A DNA stretch of 64,000 nt from Alphaproteobacteria bacterium (GTDB lineage: Bacteria > Pseudomonadota > Alphaproteobacteria > MPNO01), in the NCBI GenBank assembly GCA_965248835.1, contig CBDFLJ010000002.1, forward strand, positions 2,016,001 through 2,080,000. Direction: 5' to 3'. Shown piece by piece: positions 9,712 to 20,558 of this stretch (position 1 is the first letter of the stretch; the number at the start of each line of letters is the position of its first letter). A program made the translations under genes and the position numbers. A model generated the notes under the pieces. It saw nothing but the letters and a program-made list of their open reading frames with translations. It had not been told where the DNA came from and did not search any database.

Positions 9712-10569
9712 ATGATCCCGCAAATCCTCGCCAACGGTATCGTTCTCGGTGCGCTGTATGCCTGCATCGCGGTCGGCTTTTCGCTGGTATGGGGCGTGCT
9801 GAACGTCATCAACATGCTGCACGGCTCGTTCATCATCCTGGGCGGCTACATCACCTTCTTCGCCTATGTCCATCTCGGCATTCATCCGATCGTCTCGCTG
9901 CCGGTGGCCGGCGCGGTGCTGTTCGTGTTGGGCTACGCGATCCAGCTCGGGCTCATAAACAAGGTGGTCACCCAGCCGGTGCTGACCACCCTGACCCTGA
10001 CCTTCGGCCTCGACATGATCATGTACAACGCGATGACCGTCGCGTGGACGGCGACGCCCCGGCGGGTCACCCTTGATCTCGGCCGGTTGGAGTTCGCCGG
10101 CATCCTGATGCCGCTCGATCGCGTCGCCGCGATGCTGCTCGCGTTGATCCTGACCGGCCTGCTCTTCTGGGTGCTGCGCACTTCGCGCACCGGGCGTGCC
10201 ATCGTCGCGGTTCGGATGGACCGGGCCGCGGCGGCGTTGATGGGTATCCGCGTCAACCGCATCTATGCCATCACCTTCGGAATCGGCGCGTTGATGGCCG
10301 GCGCGACCGGCAGCTTGATGGCGATCGTCTTTCCGGTGACCGCAAACCTTAGCGGGCTGTTTCTCGGCAAGGCGTTCGTCGTATGCGTCATCGGCGGCCT
10401 CGGCAGCGTTCCGGGCGCGCTGGTGGGCGGCCTGGTGCTCGGCGTGATCGAGAGCTTTGCCGGCCATTGGCTCGGGCCGCAGCACGCGGTCACGATCGGC
10501 TTCGCGCTGATGCTCGTCCTGCTGATGACTAGGCCGACCGGCCTGCTCGGCAAGCGGGGATACGAATGA
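9712..10569 (+). CDS. Branched-chain ABC transporter permease (LivH-like)
   Basis: NGIVLGALY, GVLNVINMLHG, GGLGSVPGA, RPTGLLG. Confidence 0.92.
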   Translation: MIPQILANGIVLGALYACIAVGFSLVWGVLNVINMLHGSFIILGGYITFFAYVHLGIHPIVSLPVAGAVLFVLGYAIQLGLINKVVTQPVLTTLTLTFGLDMIMYNAMTVAWTATPRRVTLDLGRLEFAGILMPLDRVAAMLLALILTGLLFWVLRTSRTGRAIVAVRMDRAAAALMGIRVNRIYAITFGIGALMAGATGSLMAIVFPVTANLSGLFLGKAFVVCVIGGLGSVPGALVGGLVLGVIESFAGHWLGPQHAVTIGFALMLVLLMTRPTGLLGKRGYE

Positions 10570-11500
10570 TGGGGCGCTACGGCGTGCTCGGGATCGGCGT
10601 TCTGGCGGTGATCGTGCTGCCGTTCGTCGCCGACAACTACCTGGTTCGCACGGCGACGTTCATCTGCATGTTCGCGGCGCTGGCATTGTCGTGGAACTTC
10701 ATCGGCGGCTATGTCGGCTACCCGTCCTTCGCTACCGCCGCCTTCTATGGGCTCGGCGCCTATGTCGGTGCGCTGAGCCAGCGCCACGGCCTTCCCATGG
10801 CTGCCGCCTGGGTGGTGGCGACGGTGTTCGTGGGCGCCTTCTCGGCCGCGCTCGGCTTCGCCATCCTGCGGCTCCGCGGCCACTATTTCGCCATCGGATC
10901 GTTTGCCAGCGTCGAGGTGCTGCGACTGGTGATATCGTCCTGGAGCGGTCTCACCGGCGGCGGCGACGGGCTGAACGTGCCGATATATCCGGGCGGCCCG
11001 GAGGTCGTGGGCCAGCTGTTCCTCTATGTCATGTTGGGGATCATGCTGATCGTGCTGGCCGTAACCATTGCCGTCGACCGCGGCAGGCTCGGGTTCGGGT
11101 TCCGCTGCATTCACCAGAACGAGGAAGCCGCCGACATGGTCGGCGTCGACACCACGCGTTACAAGATCACCGCCTTCGCGCTGTCGGCGATGTTCTGCGG
11201 CACCATCGGCGCGGCCTACGCCTCGTGGACCAACTATATCGACCCCAACGATTCCTTCGACATCCTGTTGACCCTGAAAGTTCCGGTGATGGCGCTGTTG
11301 GGCGGCGCGGGCACGACGTTGGGGCCGATCCTCGGCGCGGCTTCTTTCGTCGTCATGGAAGAGTTGATCTGGTCCGAGTTCCTGGAGTTCAATCGGGCGA
11401 TCCTGGGTCTGGTCATCGTGATCTTGATCTTTTTCCTGCCCAACGGCCTGCTCAGGCTGCCCTATCGCGCGCTGGCCGCGCGGCTCGGCGGGACGAGCCG

Positions 11501-11504
<4 letters not shown>
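10566..11504 (+). CDS. Branched-chain ABC transporter permease (LivM-like)
   Basis: SWNFIGGYVG, LRLRGHYFAI, TGGGDG, GGAGT..GPILGA. Confidence 0.92.
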
Positions 11505-12257
<753 letters not shown>

Positions 12258-12265
<8 letters not shown>

Positions 12266-12974
12266 GCCGCTGCTCAAGATAGAGCAACTGACCGCCGGCT
12301 ATGGCGACGTCCAGGTCCTGTGGGGCATCGACCTCGAGGTCGCGGCGGGCGAGATCGTCTGCATCGTTGGATCCAACGGGGCCGGCAAGACGACACTGCT
12401 GGGCACCGTCTCCGGTCTGGTCCCGGCAACCGGCGGGCGGGTCGTGTTCCGGGACCGCGACGTCACCGGCGCGCCGCCTGATGCGATCCTCGCCCACGGC
12501 ATCGCCCAGGTGCCCGAAGGCCGGCGCCTGTTCAGGGGGCTGAGCGTCAGGGACAATCTCTTGCTCGGCGCCTACTTGCGCCGCGATACGGCCGAGATCG
12601 CACGCGACATGGATTTTGTCTATTCGATCTTCCCGATCCTCAAGGAACGTCACGGCCAGGATGCCTCGACGCTGTCGGGCGGCGAGCAGCAGATGTGCGC
12701 GCTCGGGCGTGCAATCATGTCGCGGCCGGTGCTGCTGATGATCGACGAGCTTTCCCTGGGGCTCGCGCCGCGTGCGGTCGAGCGGCTGGGCGAGGCGCTG
12801 ATCGAGATCAACAAGAGCGACATCTCTATCCTGCTGGTCGAACAGGACCTGCTGACCGCCTTCGAGCTGGCCGGCCATGCTTTCGTCATCGAGACCGGCC
12901 GGGTCACCGTCAGCGGCCCGACGGACGCGCTAGCCGATGACCCGATGATCCGGCGCGCCTACATGGGGATCTGA
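12258..12974 (+). CDS. ABC transporter ATP-binding protein (LivF-like)
   Basis: GSNGAGKTT, VPEGRRLF, LSGGEQQM, DELSLGLAP. Confidence 0.93.
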
Positions 12975-12992
12975 TCCTGGGCCCGGCCAGGG

Positions 12993-15263
12993 TCACCGGT
13001 CCGCCTCGGCAATCAGCGCCCACACCCGGTCCGGCGACAGGGGCAGCGCGTGGGGCTCGACCTCGAGCGAGGCGAGCGCGTTGGCGAGCGCGTCGATCAC
13101 GCCGCCGACCGGGACGGTGCCGCCCTCGCCCGCGCCCTTGACCCCCAGCGGGTTGATCGGCGAGGGGTAGTTTTCCAGCGAGATGGCGCGGACGTTGGCA
13201 AAATCGGTTGCCACCGGGAGCAGGTAGTCGGCGAGCGAGATGGTCATGAGCTGGCCGGAGCGGTCATAGACAAGCTGCTCCTGGAAGGTGCCGCCCAGCC
13301 CCTGGACGACCGCGCCGACGGCTTGGCCGTTGAGCGTCATCGGGTTGACGATCCGGCCGACGTCCTCGACCGCGACGTAATCGATCAACGCGATGGCGCC
13401 GGTCTGCGGGTCGACCGCGATGTGGGCGGCATGGGCGCCGAAGGCATAGGTGTGCCTGGTGTTCAGAAACTCTCCGTCGGCCGAAAGCGGAGCGAGGTCG
13501 GACCAGGCGATGCTGCGCCCGCTCGGGCCGCGTACGGTGCCGGCGCCGATCTCGACGTCTTCGGCGGCGCAGTTGAGGTAGCGGCCGGCCGCGGTGCGGA
13601 TAGTCCGGCGCAGATTGTCCGCAGCATCCAGGATCGCCGATCCGCCCATGACCACCGAGCGCGAATGGAATGAGCCGTAGCCTTCCTCGAGATGCGTGGT
13701 GGAGCCGTGATGGACCGTGATCCGGTCCATCGGCAGCCCGATCTCATCGGCTGCGATCTGCACGCACACCGTCTCTAGCCCCTGACCGAGGGCGGCCGAG
13801 CCGACAAACAGTGCGACGGTCCCGTCGGGTTCCAGCCGGAAGCGCGCGGTCTCCTTCGGTCCGGCCGCGCCGCCCTCGACGAAGCAGCCGATCCCCAGCC
13901 CGTGATACCTTCCATCGACCAGGGCGCCCTGTAGCGCCTTTTTGTCCTCCCAGCCGATCTCGGCCAGGCACCGGTCCAGCGTCTCCTGGTAGTCGCCGCT
14001 GTCGAGCGCGGAAGCCACGGGCGCAGGGGAGATCGCGGGCAGGGTGTAGGGCATCGCGTCCGCGCTCACCAGGTTGCGGCGGCGGAACGCGATGCGGTCG
14101 ATGCCGAGGTCGCCGGCAACGAGATCGAGCATGCGCTCGCGGAAGAAGTCGACCTCGAAGCGGCCCGGGCCGCGATAGGTCCCCGACGGCGTCTTGTTGG
14201 TCAACAACACCGTGCATGAGACGTCATAGCTGGGGACACGGTAGGGGCCGGCCAGGAACATCGCGACATTGCGCGCAGGGATCACGCCAGCGGTCGTAAT
14301 ATAGGCTCCGACGTCGCACACCGCCCGGCCGCGCAAGCCGGTGATCATGCCCGCGCTTGTGCACGCGATCTCGATCTCGCAGGCGACGTCGCGGGCGTGG
14401 CTCGACGTCATCATGTGATCGCGCCGGTCCTCGGTCCACTTGACCGGGCGGCCGGTCAGGCGCGCGGCAAACGGGATCAGGAAGTCCTCGTGAGTGAACT
14501 CGCCGCGGGCGCCGAAGCCGCCGCCGACATCGAGCTCGATCAGGTCGACGTCAGATTCGGGAAGGCCGATCAGCGCGCTCAGGATCGCCCGGTTGGCGAA
14601 CGGGACTTTTGCCGCACCCTGGACGACCAGCCGGCCGGCCGCTGCATCCCATTGGGCGAGCAGCCCGCGCGGCTCCATCGGCACCGCGGCGTGGCGATGG
14701 ACGGCGAACGTCTCGCGGCGGGTGTAGTCCGCGGTGGCGAACGCGGCCTCGGCGTCGCCGTCCCGGCCGGTGTAGACGACCGCGACGTTCGAGCCGTGCG
14801 CCTCGAACAGCAGCGGCGGCCCGGCCATTGCCGTGTCGCGGTCGGCGATCGGATCCAGCGCCTCGATGTCCAGAGCCACCGCGTCGCGCCCGTCCTCGGC
14901 GGCCGCCGGGCTGTCGGCGAGGACCACGGCAACCGGCTCGCCGACGAACCGCACCTTGTCCGCAGCGATCACCGGACGCTCGAACGCGGCCAGGGTCGGC
15001 ATCGGAAACAGCCGGATCGGAATTCGCGGCACCTCGGGACCGAAATCGGTGGCGGTGATCACCGAATGCACGCTCGGCAGCGCCAGGGCGTCGATCGGGT
15101 CGATCGCGCGTACAATCCCGTGGGCGACCGGGCTGCGCAGGACGACGGCATGGAGCTGGCCTGCCGCGCGCACGTCGTCGCTGAACGTGCCCCGGCCGCG
15201 CAGGAAACGGCGGTCCTCGATCCGCTTGACCGGTTGGCCGATGAAGGGGGCGGAAGACGTCAT
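12993..15263 (-). CDS. Second xanthine dehydrogenase family molybdopterin-binding large subunit
   Basis: C-terminal 756 aa of track ORF 12993..17537 starting MTSSAPFIGQPVKRIEDRRFLRGRG; DVGGGFGARG, TYRGPGRFE, KGAGEGG. Confidence 0.92.
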   Translation of the reverse strand: MTSSAPFIGQPVKRIEDRRFLRGRGTFSDDVRAAGQLHAVVLRSPVAHGIVRAIDPIDALALPSVHSVITATDFGPEVPRIPIRLFPMPTLAAFERPVIAADKVRFVGEPVAVVLADSPAAAEDGRDAVALDIEALDPIADRDTAMAGPPLLFEAHGSNVAVVYTGRDGDAEAAFATADYTRRETFAVHRHAAVPMEPRGLLAQWDAAAGRLVVQGAAKVPFANRAILSALIGLPESDVDLIELDVGGGFGARGEFTHEDFLIPFAARLTGRPVKWTEDRRDHMMTSSHARDVACEIEIACTSAGMITGLRGRAVCDVGAYITTAGVIPARNVAMFLAGPYRVPSYDVSCTVLLTNKTPSGTYRGPGRFEVDFFRERMLDLVAGDLGIDRIAFRRRNLVSADAMPYTLPAISPAPVASALDSGDYQETLDRCLAEIGWEDKKALQGALVDGRYHGLGIGCFVEGGAAGPKETARFRLEPDGTVALFVGSAALGQGLETVCVQIAADEIGLPMDRITVHHGSTTHLEEGYGSFHSRSVVMGGSAILDAADNLRRTIRTAAGRYLNCAAEDVEIGAGTVRGPSGRSIAWSDLAPLSADGEFLNTRHTYAFGAHAAHIAVDPQTGAIALIDYVAVEDVGRIVNPMTLNGQAVGAVVQGLGGTFQEQLVYDRSGQLMTISLADYLLPVATDFANVRAISLENYPSPINPLGVKGAGEGGTVPVGGVIDALANALASLEVEPHALPLSPDRVWALIAEADR

Positions 15264-15380
15264 TGGCTCGGTCCCTGCGGTCGATTCCCAAGTGGCGCGG
15301 CGCGACCCCGGGCAGGTAGTCTGCGGTCGCGCCGCACACTTGGCTATCCTGCCACAAACGGCGCGAACGGACCGATCGCC

Positions 15381-16082
15381 ATGACCGCGCACATCCACCA
15401 TGAAGAAAGGCACTTCGTCCATCGCATCAACTGGCTGCGCGCGGCCGTGCTCGGTGCCAATGACGGCATCGTGTCGACGGCGAGCCTTGTCGTGGGCGTG
15501 GCCGCGGCGGGCGCGGACCGGCAGACCCTGCTGATCGCAGGCGTTGCCGGGCTGGTCGCGGGCGCGATGTCGATGGCTGCCGGCGAGTACGTATCGGTCA
15601 GCAGCCAGGCGGACACGGAGCGTGCCGACCTCAAGGCCGAGCGCCTTGCGCTCGATGCCGAGCCGGAGGCCGAGCACGAGGAGCTGGCGCAGATCTACGC
15701 CGCCCGCGGCGTCGAGATCCGGCTCGCGCGGCAGGTCGCGACCCAGCTCATGGAGCACGACGACCTGGCAGCCCATGCGCGCGACGAGCTCGGCATTTCC
15801 GGCACCGTCCGTTCGCGCCCCGTCCAGGCCGCGCTGACCTCGGCGGCGACGTTTGCGGTCGGTGCCGTCCTGCCGCTGGCTGCCGTCGCGCTGGCGCCGC
15901 ACAGCCAGGCGATCACCGTCGTCTCGATCGCCTCGCTCCTGAGCCTGGCCCTGCTGGGCGCGGTCTCGGCGAGGATCGGCGGCGCGGGCATCGTCAAGGC
16001 GGCCGCGCGGGTGACGATCTGGGGGGCGCTCGCCATGGCCCTGACCGCGGCGATCGGCGCGGTGTTCGGCACCGTGATCTGA
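15381..16082 (+). CDS. VIT1/CCC1 family Fe/Mn transporter
   Basis: WLRAAVLGANDGIVS, SMAAGEYVSVSSQADTE, HARDELG. Confidence 0.93.
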   Translation: MTAHIHHEERHFVHRINWLRAAVLGANDGIVSTASLVVGVAAAGADRQTLLIAGVAGLVAGAMSMAAGEYVSVSSQADTERADLKAERLALDAEPEAEHEELAQIYAARGVEIRLARQVATQLMEHDDLAAHARDELGISGTVRSRPVQAALTSAATFAVGAVLPLAAVALAPHSQAITVVSIASLLSLALLGAVSARIGGAGIVKAAARVTIWGALAMALTAAIGAVFGTVI

Positions 16083-16223
16083 CCGGCAACCGACAACCGG
16101 AAACCGCGCCGGGGATGCCGATTCCAGACTGCCAAAAACCGGAGAAAATTGTGAAAGCATCGCCGTTCCGGGTGACTCCGCCGGGCGTGACAGCCCGGCG
16201 CACAACCGCCACACTGCGGTGAA

Positions 16224-17327
16224 ATGAGCACGCTGCACGAGGAAAGATCCGCGCGCCTGCAGGCGGCGCTCGCGGCGGCGGGGCTCGATGCCATCGTCGT
16301 CTACGGCAACGCCTGGCAGTGCGACTATCTGCGCTACGCCACCGACTTCCCGGTTCTCGAAGGAGATGCGCTGGCGATCGTGGCCGTCGACGGCCGGACT
16401 CGCATCTTCGTCGATAACCCGGCCGAGGCCGACCGTGCCGCCCTGTCCTGCCCGGACGCCCGCATCGACTGTTCCGAGGACCCGGTCGCCGCGGTCGTCC
16501 GGCGGCTGTCGGGCATGGGGAACCGGCGGATCGCGACGGCGCCGGCGAGCCTGATGCCCTACGGCATCGTCCGCTCCGAAGCGGCCCGGACCCATGAAGA
16601 CGGCACGGCACTGATGGACGGGCTGCTGCTGGTGAAATCGCCGGCCGAAGTCGAGACCGTCGCGCGCGCGGCGGCCCTGGCCGCGGACGGCTACCGCGTG
16701 TTCATGGACGCCGTGCGTGTCGGGCGCGCGGAGTACGAGGTGGTCGCCGAGGTCGAGGCTTACTATCGCGGCATAGGTTGCGCGGAGAACTTCATCATCA
16801 TGGGGTCCGGCGGGCGCGAGGTCCGCGGCATGCATCCGCCGGGCGAACGGCGGATGCAGGAGGGCGACCTTGTCACGACCGAGCTTACGCCCTGCGTCGA
16901 TGGCTACTACGCCCAGATCTGCCGCACGCTGGTCGTCGGCGAGCCGAGCGATGCCCAGCGCGAGGCGTTCGCGGTCTATGTCGAGGCGTTCGAGGCCGGG
17001 CTTGGGGCGCTGCGCGCCGGGGTGAGCGCCGCCACCGTAGCCAAGGCCGAGAACGACGTCTTCCGGCGCCACGGGCTCGGCGAATACACCACCAGCGAAT
17101 ATACCCGGGTCAGGGGCCATGGGGTCGGCCTGTTCGTCGACAACAAGCCCCATATCCTGGAAGACGTGGACACCGTGCTGGAGGCCGGCGCCACGTTGAT
17201 CGTCCACCCCAACACCTATCATCCCGCGGTCGGCTACATGGTGCTGGGCGATACCGCGGTGGTCACCGAGGACGGCCACCGCTGCTTCGGCACGCTGCCG
17301 CGGGCGTTGCTGTCGGTGCCGGCGTGA
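16224..17327 (+). CDS. M24 (Xaa-Pro peptidase/creatinase-fold) family protein
   Basis: Creatinase-N-like start, VKSPAE, ICRT, GHGVGL; metal ligands non-canonical. Confidence 0.85.
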   Translation: MSTLHEERSARLQAALAAAGLDAIVVYGNAWQCDYLRYATDFPVLEGDALAIVAVDGRTRIFVDNPAEADRAALSCPDARIDCSEDPVAAVVRRLSGMGNRRIATAPASLMPYGIVRSEAARTHEDGTALMDGLLLVKSPAEVETVARAAALAADGYRVFMDAVRVGRAEYEVVAEVEAYYRGIGCAENFIIMGSGGREVRGMHPPGERRMQEGDLVTTELTPCVDGYYAQICRTLVVGEPSDAQREAFAVYVEAFEAGLGALRAGVSAATVAKAENDVFRRHGLGEYTTSEYTRVRGHGVGLFVDNKPHILEDVDTVLEAGATLIVHPNTYHPAVGYMVLGDTAVVTEDGHRCFGTLPRALLSVPA

Positions 17328-18349
17328 GGCGCGGCCTCCTCGCATGGTCGGAGGAAGAGGTCCCGCGCGCGGTCCTCGATGCCCGCCTGAGGCGCTGTCA
17401 GGCGGCGCTGGCGGACGCCGGAATGGACGCCCTGCTGCTCTATACCAACTTCCCGCGGCCGGCGGCGGTCTCCTTCCTGACGCACTTCGTGCCCTATTGG
17501 TCGCAGGGCGTGGCCGTCGTGCTGCCGGATCAGGCACCGGTGCTGTTCGTCAGCCTTTCCAAGCGGGTCGGGGGATGGATCGAGGAGACTTCTTGCGTCA
17601 GCCAGGTCATCTGCACGCCGCGGCTCGGCGCGGACATCGCGGGCTTCCTGGCAGGGCGGGCCGGCAAGCGGTCCAAGCTCGGCGTCCTGGAGCTGTCGCG
17701 CTTTCCGGGCGGGATCGCGGCCCCGCTGGGCGCGGCGGCGCTCGTCGACGCCGCAGAGCTGTTCCGGTCGGTCCGCCATCCGGCCGACGACGCCGAGATC
17801 GCCTTGTCCGGGACGGCCTGCGACATCGCCCGCCGCGGCTTCGAAGCCATCGGGACGCCCCGGTCCACCGGCCCGTTGGTGGCCGCGATCGAGGGGACCG
17901 CTCGGGCGATGGGCGCCGAGGAGGTCCAGGTGCTGGTCGCGCCGGACCTTGCCGAGGACACGCGCTTGATCCGCCCGGAGCGCGACCTCGCCCTCGGACG
18001 GCGGTTCGCCGTGCAAGTCTCCATCGCCTATAAGGGCCATTGGATCAGGCTTACCGGAACGGTGCCGCGCGGGGCGCCGGAGGAGGACGACGAAGGGGGG
18101 CTCGCCGGGGCCTTCACCCGGACTTGGCGCGCGGACGGGTTTGCAGCGGCCCTGCAGCAGGCGGTCCCCGGTGCCGCTGTCCGCTCCTGGCGGGCCGAAG
18201 CAAATCTCGGATCGTACCCGCTGACCGCCATCGCCGATGCGGACGCTATTCCGCCGGGCAGCGTCGTTTCGGTTACCGCGCTCTATGACGGCCCCGAAGG
18301 CCCCGTGCTGGCCGGTGGACCGGCCCTGGCGCCGGTCAAGCCCGGATAG
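17324..18349 (+). CDS. Creatinase/aminopeptidase-P N-terminal-domain protein with degenerate M24 C-domain
   Basis: GTG start overlapping upstream stop (GTGA); RL.R.Q.AL...GMDALLLY, SFLT.FVPYW, YKGHW. Confidence 0.78.
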   Translation: MRRGLLAWSEEEVPRAVLDARLRRCQAALADAGMDALLLYTNFPRPAAVSFLTHFVPYWSQGVAVVLPDQAPVLFVSLSKRVGGWIEETSCVSQVICTPRLGADIAGFLAGRAGKRSKLGVLELSRFPGGIAAPLGAAALVDAAELFRSVRHPADDAEIALSGTACDIARRGFEAIGTPRSTGPLVAAIEGTARAMGAEEVQVLVAPDLAEDTRLIRPERDLALGRRFAVQVSIAYKGHWIRLTGTVPRGAPEEDDEGGLAGAFTRTWRADGFAAALQQAVPGAAVRSWRAEANLGSYPLTAIADADAIPPGSVVSVTALYDGPEGPVLAGGPALAPVKPG

Positions 18350-18472
18350 GCCGCCGCCCCCCTCGCCCGTGAGATTTCGGCCGTCCCGGTTGCCAGCCAC
18401 GGATTGGAGGCACGCTCCGCCCATTGGCGCCTGGCTCGGCGCCGAGCCGGGGCCTCCAGGAAGAGCTTGAAA

Positions 18473-19443
18473 ATGAGGCACATTCGCCCGAGCGCCGGTA
18501 TCGCTGCGGTCTTGGCGGCCGTGCTCGCCGGGCCGGCATCGGCCGATGCGGTGGCGGACTTCTACAAGGGCAAGACCGTCAGGCTGGTCTCCGGCGGGAG
18601 CGCCGGCGGCGGGTTTTCCACCGTCGCCCGCGTCCTGGGCGCGACCTGGCAGAAGCACATTCCGGGAAATCCGACCATCATCGTCGATGCGATGGCCGGC
18701 GCCGGCGGGGCGAAGATGATGAGCTATATGGCCAACGCGCCGTTGCTGTGCCGGGTGAAATTCAACGCGGCCGACTTCCAGTGGCTCGGCTCGGTCACCC
18801 CGATGACGGAGGTCAGCACCGTCTGGCACATCGCGCCCGCCAGGACGATCGAGGAAGCCAAGACCGTGGAGGTCATCATGGCGACGTCGAGCAAGCTGTC
18901 GTCGGCCTATCTCATCCCGGCCTTCATGAACGCCGTCGCCGGCACCCGGTTCAAGATCGTGCCGGGCTATCGCGGCGCCGGACCGATGAACAAGGCGATG
19001 GAGACCGGTGAGGTCCACGGCCGGGGCAGCTTCTACAACAGCTACGTGACCACCAAGCGCGACTGGCTGGACAGCGGCAAGATCATCCAACTCGTCCAGG
19101 CGGACCCAGCCTTCCCGAGCTGAAGGGCGTGCCCAACATGCGCGACATCGTCACCACGGACGAGCAGCGCCGGATGGTCGATTTCATGGAGGCGTCGGCC
19201 TATGTCGGCCACGGCTTCTTCGCCCCCCGGGGTACGCCGGCCGATCGCGTCGCCGTGCTGCGCAGCGCGTTCTGGGCGGCGGTCCATGACCCGGCGTTCC
19301 GCGCCGAGGCCAAGAAACGCGGCATGGTCGTCAACCCGCTGCGCGCCGAGAAGATCCAGGCGGTCATCGAAAAGGCGATGGCCACGCCGGAGTCCATCCT
19401 GGCCAAGTTCCGCCAGATGGTGAAGATCAAGCCCAATAAATAG
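18473..19443 (+). pseudogene. Bug/TctC tripartite tricarboxylate transporter substrate-binding protein, disrupted
   Basis: DFYKGKTV, GGGF, HIPGNP, GYRGA..AMETGEV, APRGTP; 1-nt frameshift near 19100-19123 (PELKGVPNM continues in another frame) and an apparent internal deletion after YMANAP. Confidence 0.8.
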
Positions 19444-19456
19444 GGGATTATACGCC

Positions 19457-20324
19457 TAGTGCATTCTCATATTGAGTGTTGATAACCAGTTGCATTGAAG
19501 TAGTTGGCGCATTCGCTTTGGGTGAAGGTATCAAGGATGGTGCCGATGCGCCGCCAGAGCGTGTCGATGGTGCGTGCCGGCTCGGCCCTGAGTGCGGTCT
19601 TGAGCTTTGAGAAGGCGAGGATCGGGTTCATGTCGGGCGAGTACCGGCGAAGAGCTGGGCCTGTTGTCCGGCGATGGTCTCGGCGATGCCGGCGACGGCA
19701 GGTTGTCCATCGAGGATCTCGGCCTGAAGGCGTCGCCGTCCATGGCGCCGTCAAGCACCCAGGGCGCGCTCAGCCCGCGCTGTCGCAGCGCGGCGACGAA
19801 GGTCATGGTCTTCCAGTGACCGAAGGGGGCCGCGGCGTGCAGACGACGGCCGAGTAGCGCCGGGCCACCCCGCTTTCATCAATGAACACCAGGCGTCGTG
19901 GGTCGATCCATGCGCCGCCCGCCAGGCCCGGCGCCGGGCGGCCATGTCGGGCCGAGTGCCCCTCGGCGGCGCGCAGGGTTTTTTTTGAACGACAGGCCGA
20001 GTCGACCGCCTGCCAGATCGCGCCGTCACTCAGCCGCACCGCGTGCTCGGCCGCCAGCCAGTCCTGCAACCGCGCCAGGGTGATGTCCTGCGATATGCGC
20101 CGATGCCACCGCCTGCGGCGACAGTTTGCGCCGGCGGTGGGGTTCGGGTCGCGCCGCTCTCGCCCGCGGCGCCGAGAAGATAGGCGCTCACATCGGCTCG
20201 GCGCCCAGACGGCCCACCATCCACCCTGAGAGCGATCGGCAGATCCTGCGAATAAGCCTGGCGTCGCCATGGTCCGACATATCGATGTCGTGAGAGGGCA
20301 TCATGGGTATCCCGCGACGCTCTA
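19457..20324 (-). mobile_element. Degenerate IS630-family insertion sequence
   Basis: Transposase fragments in several frames (AYSQDL, DITL, DPRRLVFIDE, GHWKTMTFVAALR, MDNL, YSPDMNPI, ECANYF); A8 run (T8 at 19979-19986); CTAG at both ends (19456, 20322). Confidence 0.85.
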
Positions 20325-20432
20325 GCCATCGCCCTTTGGTTCACGGTGCCATGCGCGGATGAGGCCGCGAAAGAACCAGTCACCGAGAACCAGGATCACC
20401 ACGATCCAGTGCCAGATGCTGAATGAGCCCAT
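20322..20432 (-). CDS. Small membrane peptide with TatA-like N-terminus (MGSFSIWHWIVVILVLGDWFFRGLIRAWHREPKGDG)
   Basis: Manual translation, 36 aa; stop codon lies at the IS630 junction; weak AGGG RBS. Confidence 0.5.
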   Translation of the reverse strand: MGSFSIWHWIVVILVLGDWFFRGLIRAWHREPKGDG

Positions 20433-20558
20433 GTCAGTTAGCCCTGCTTTGCCTTCTGCCGCGATATGCGGCGCTTCGGATTGGGTGGCTTCAGCGCGGA
20501 GAAGATGGCGCGGTGCGCAGCGGCCCAGCCGGGTTCGGGCCGCCTGGACCGGTCGGGC

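Noticed and set aside
16082-16223. Short ACCG(G)-type repeats and a hairpin as possible ncRNA or riboswitch
   Set aside because: No recognisable riboswitch consensus; short GC hairpins are expected by chance.
12993-17537. Apparent 1514-aa giant molybdoprotein
   Set aside because: Only 12993..15263 is the Mo subunit. The upstream part is an open antisense frame over VIT1 and the M24 gene.
19121-19123. TGA readthrough (selenocysteine) in the Bug SBP
   Set aside because: The continuation is in a different frame, so it is a frameshift and not an in-frame stop.
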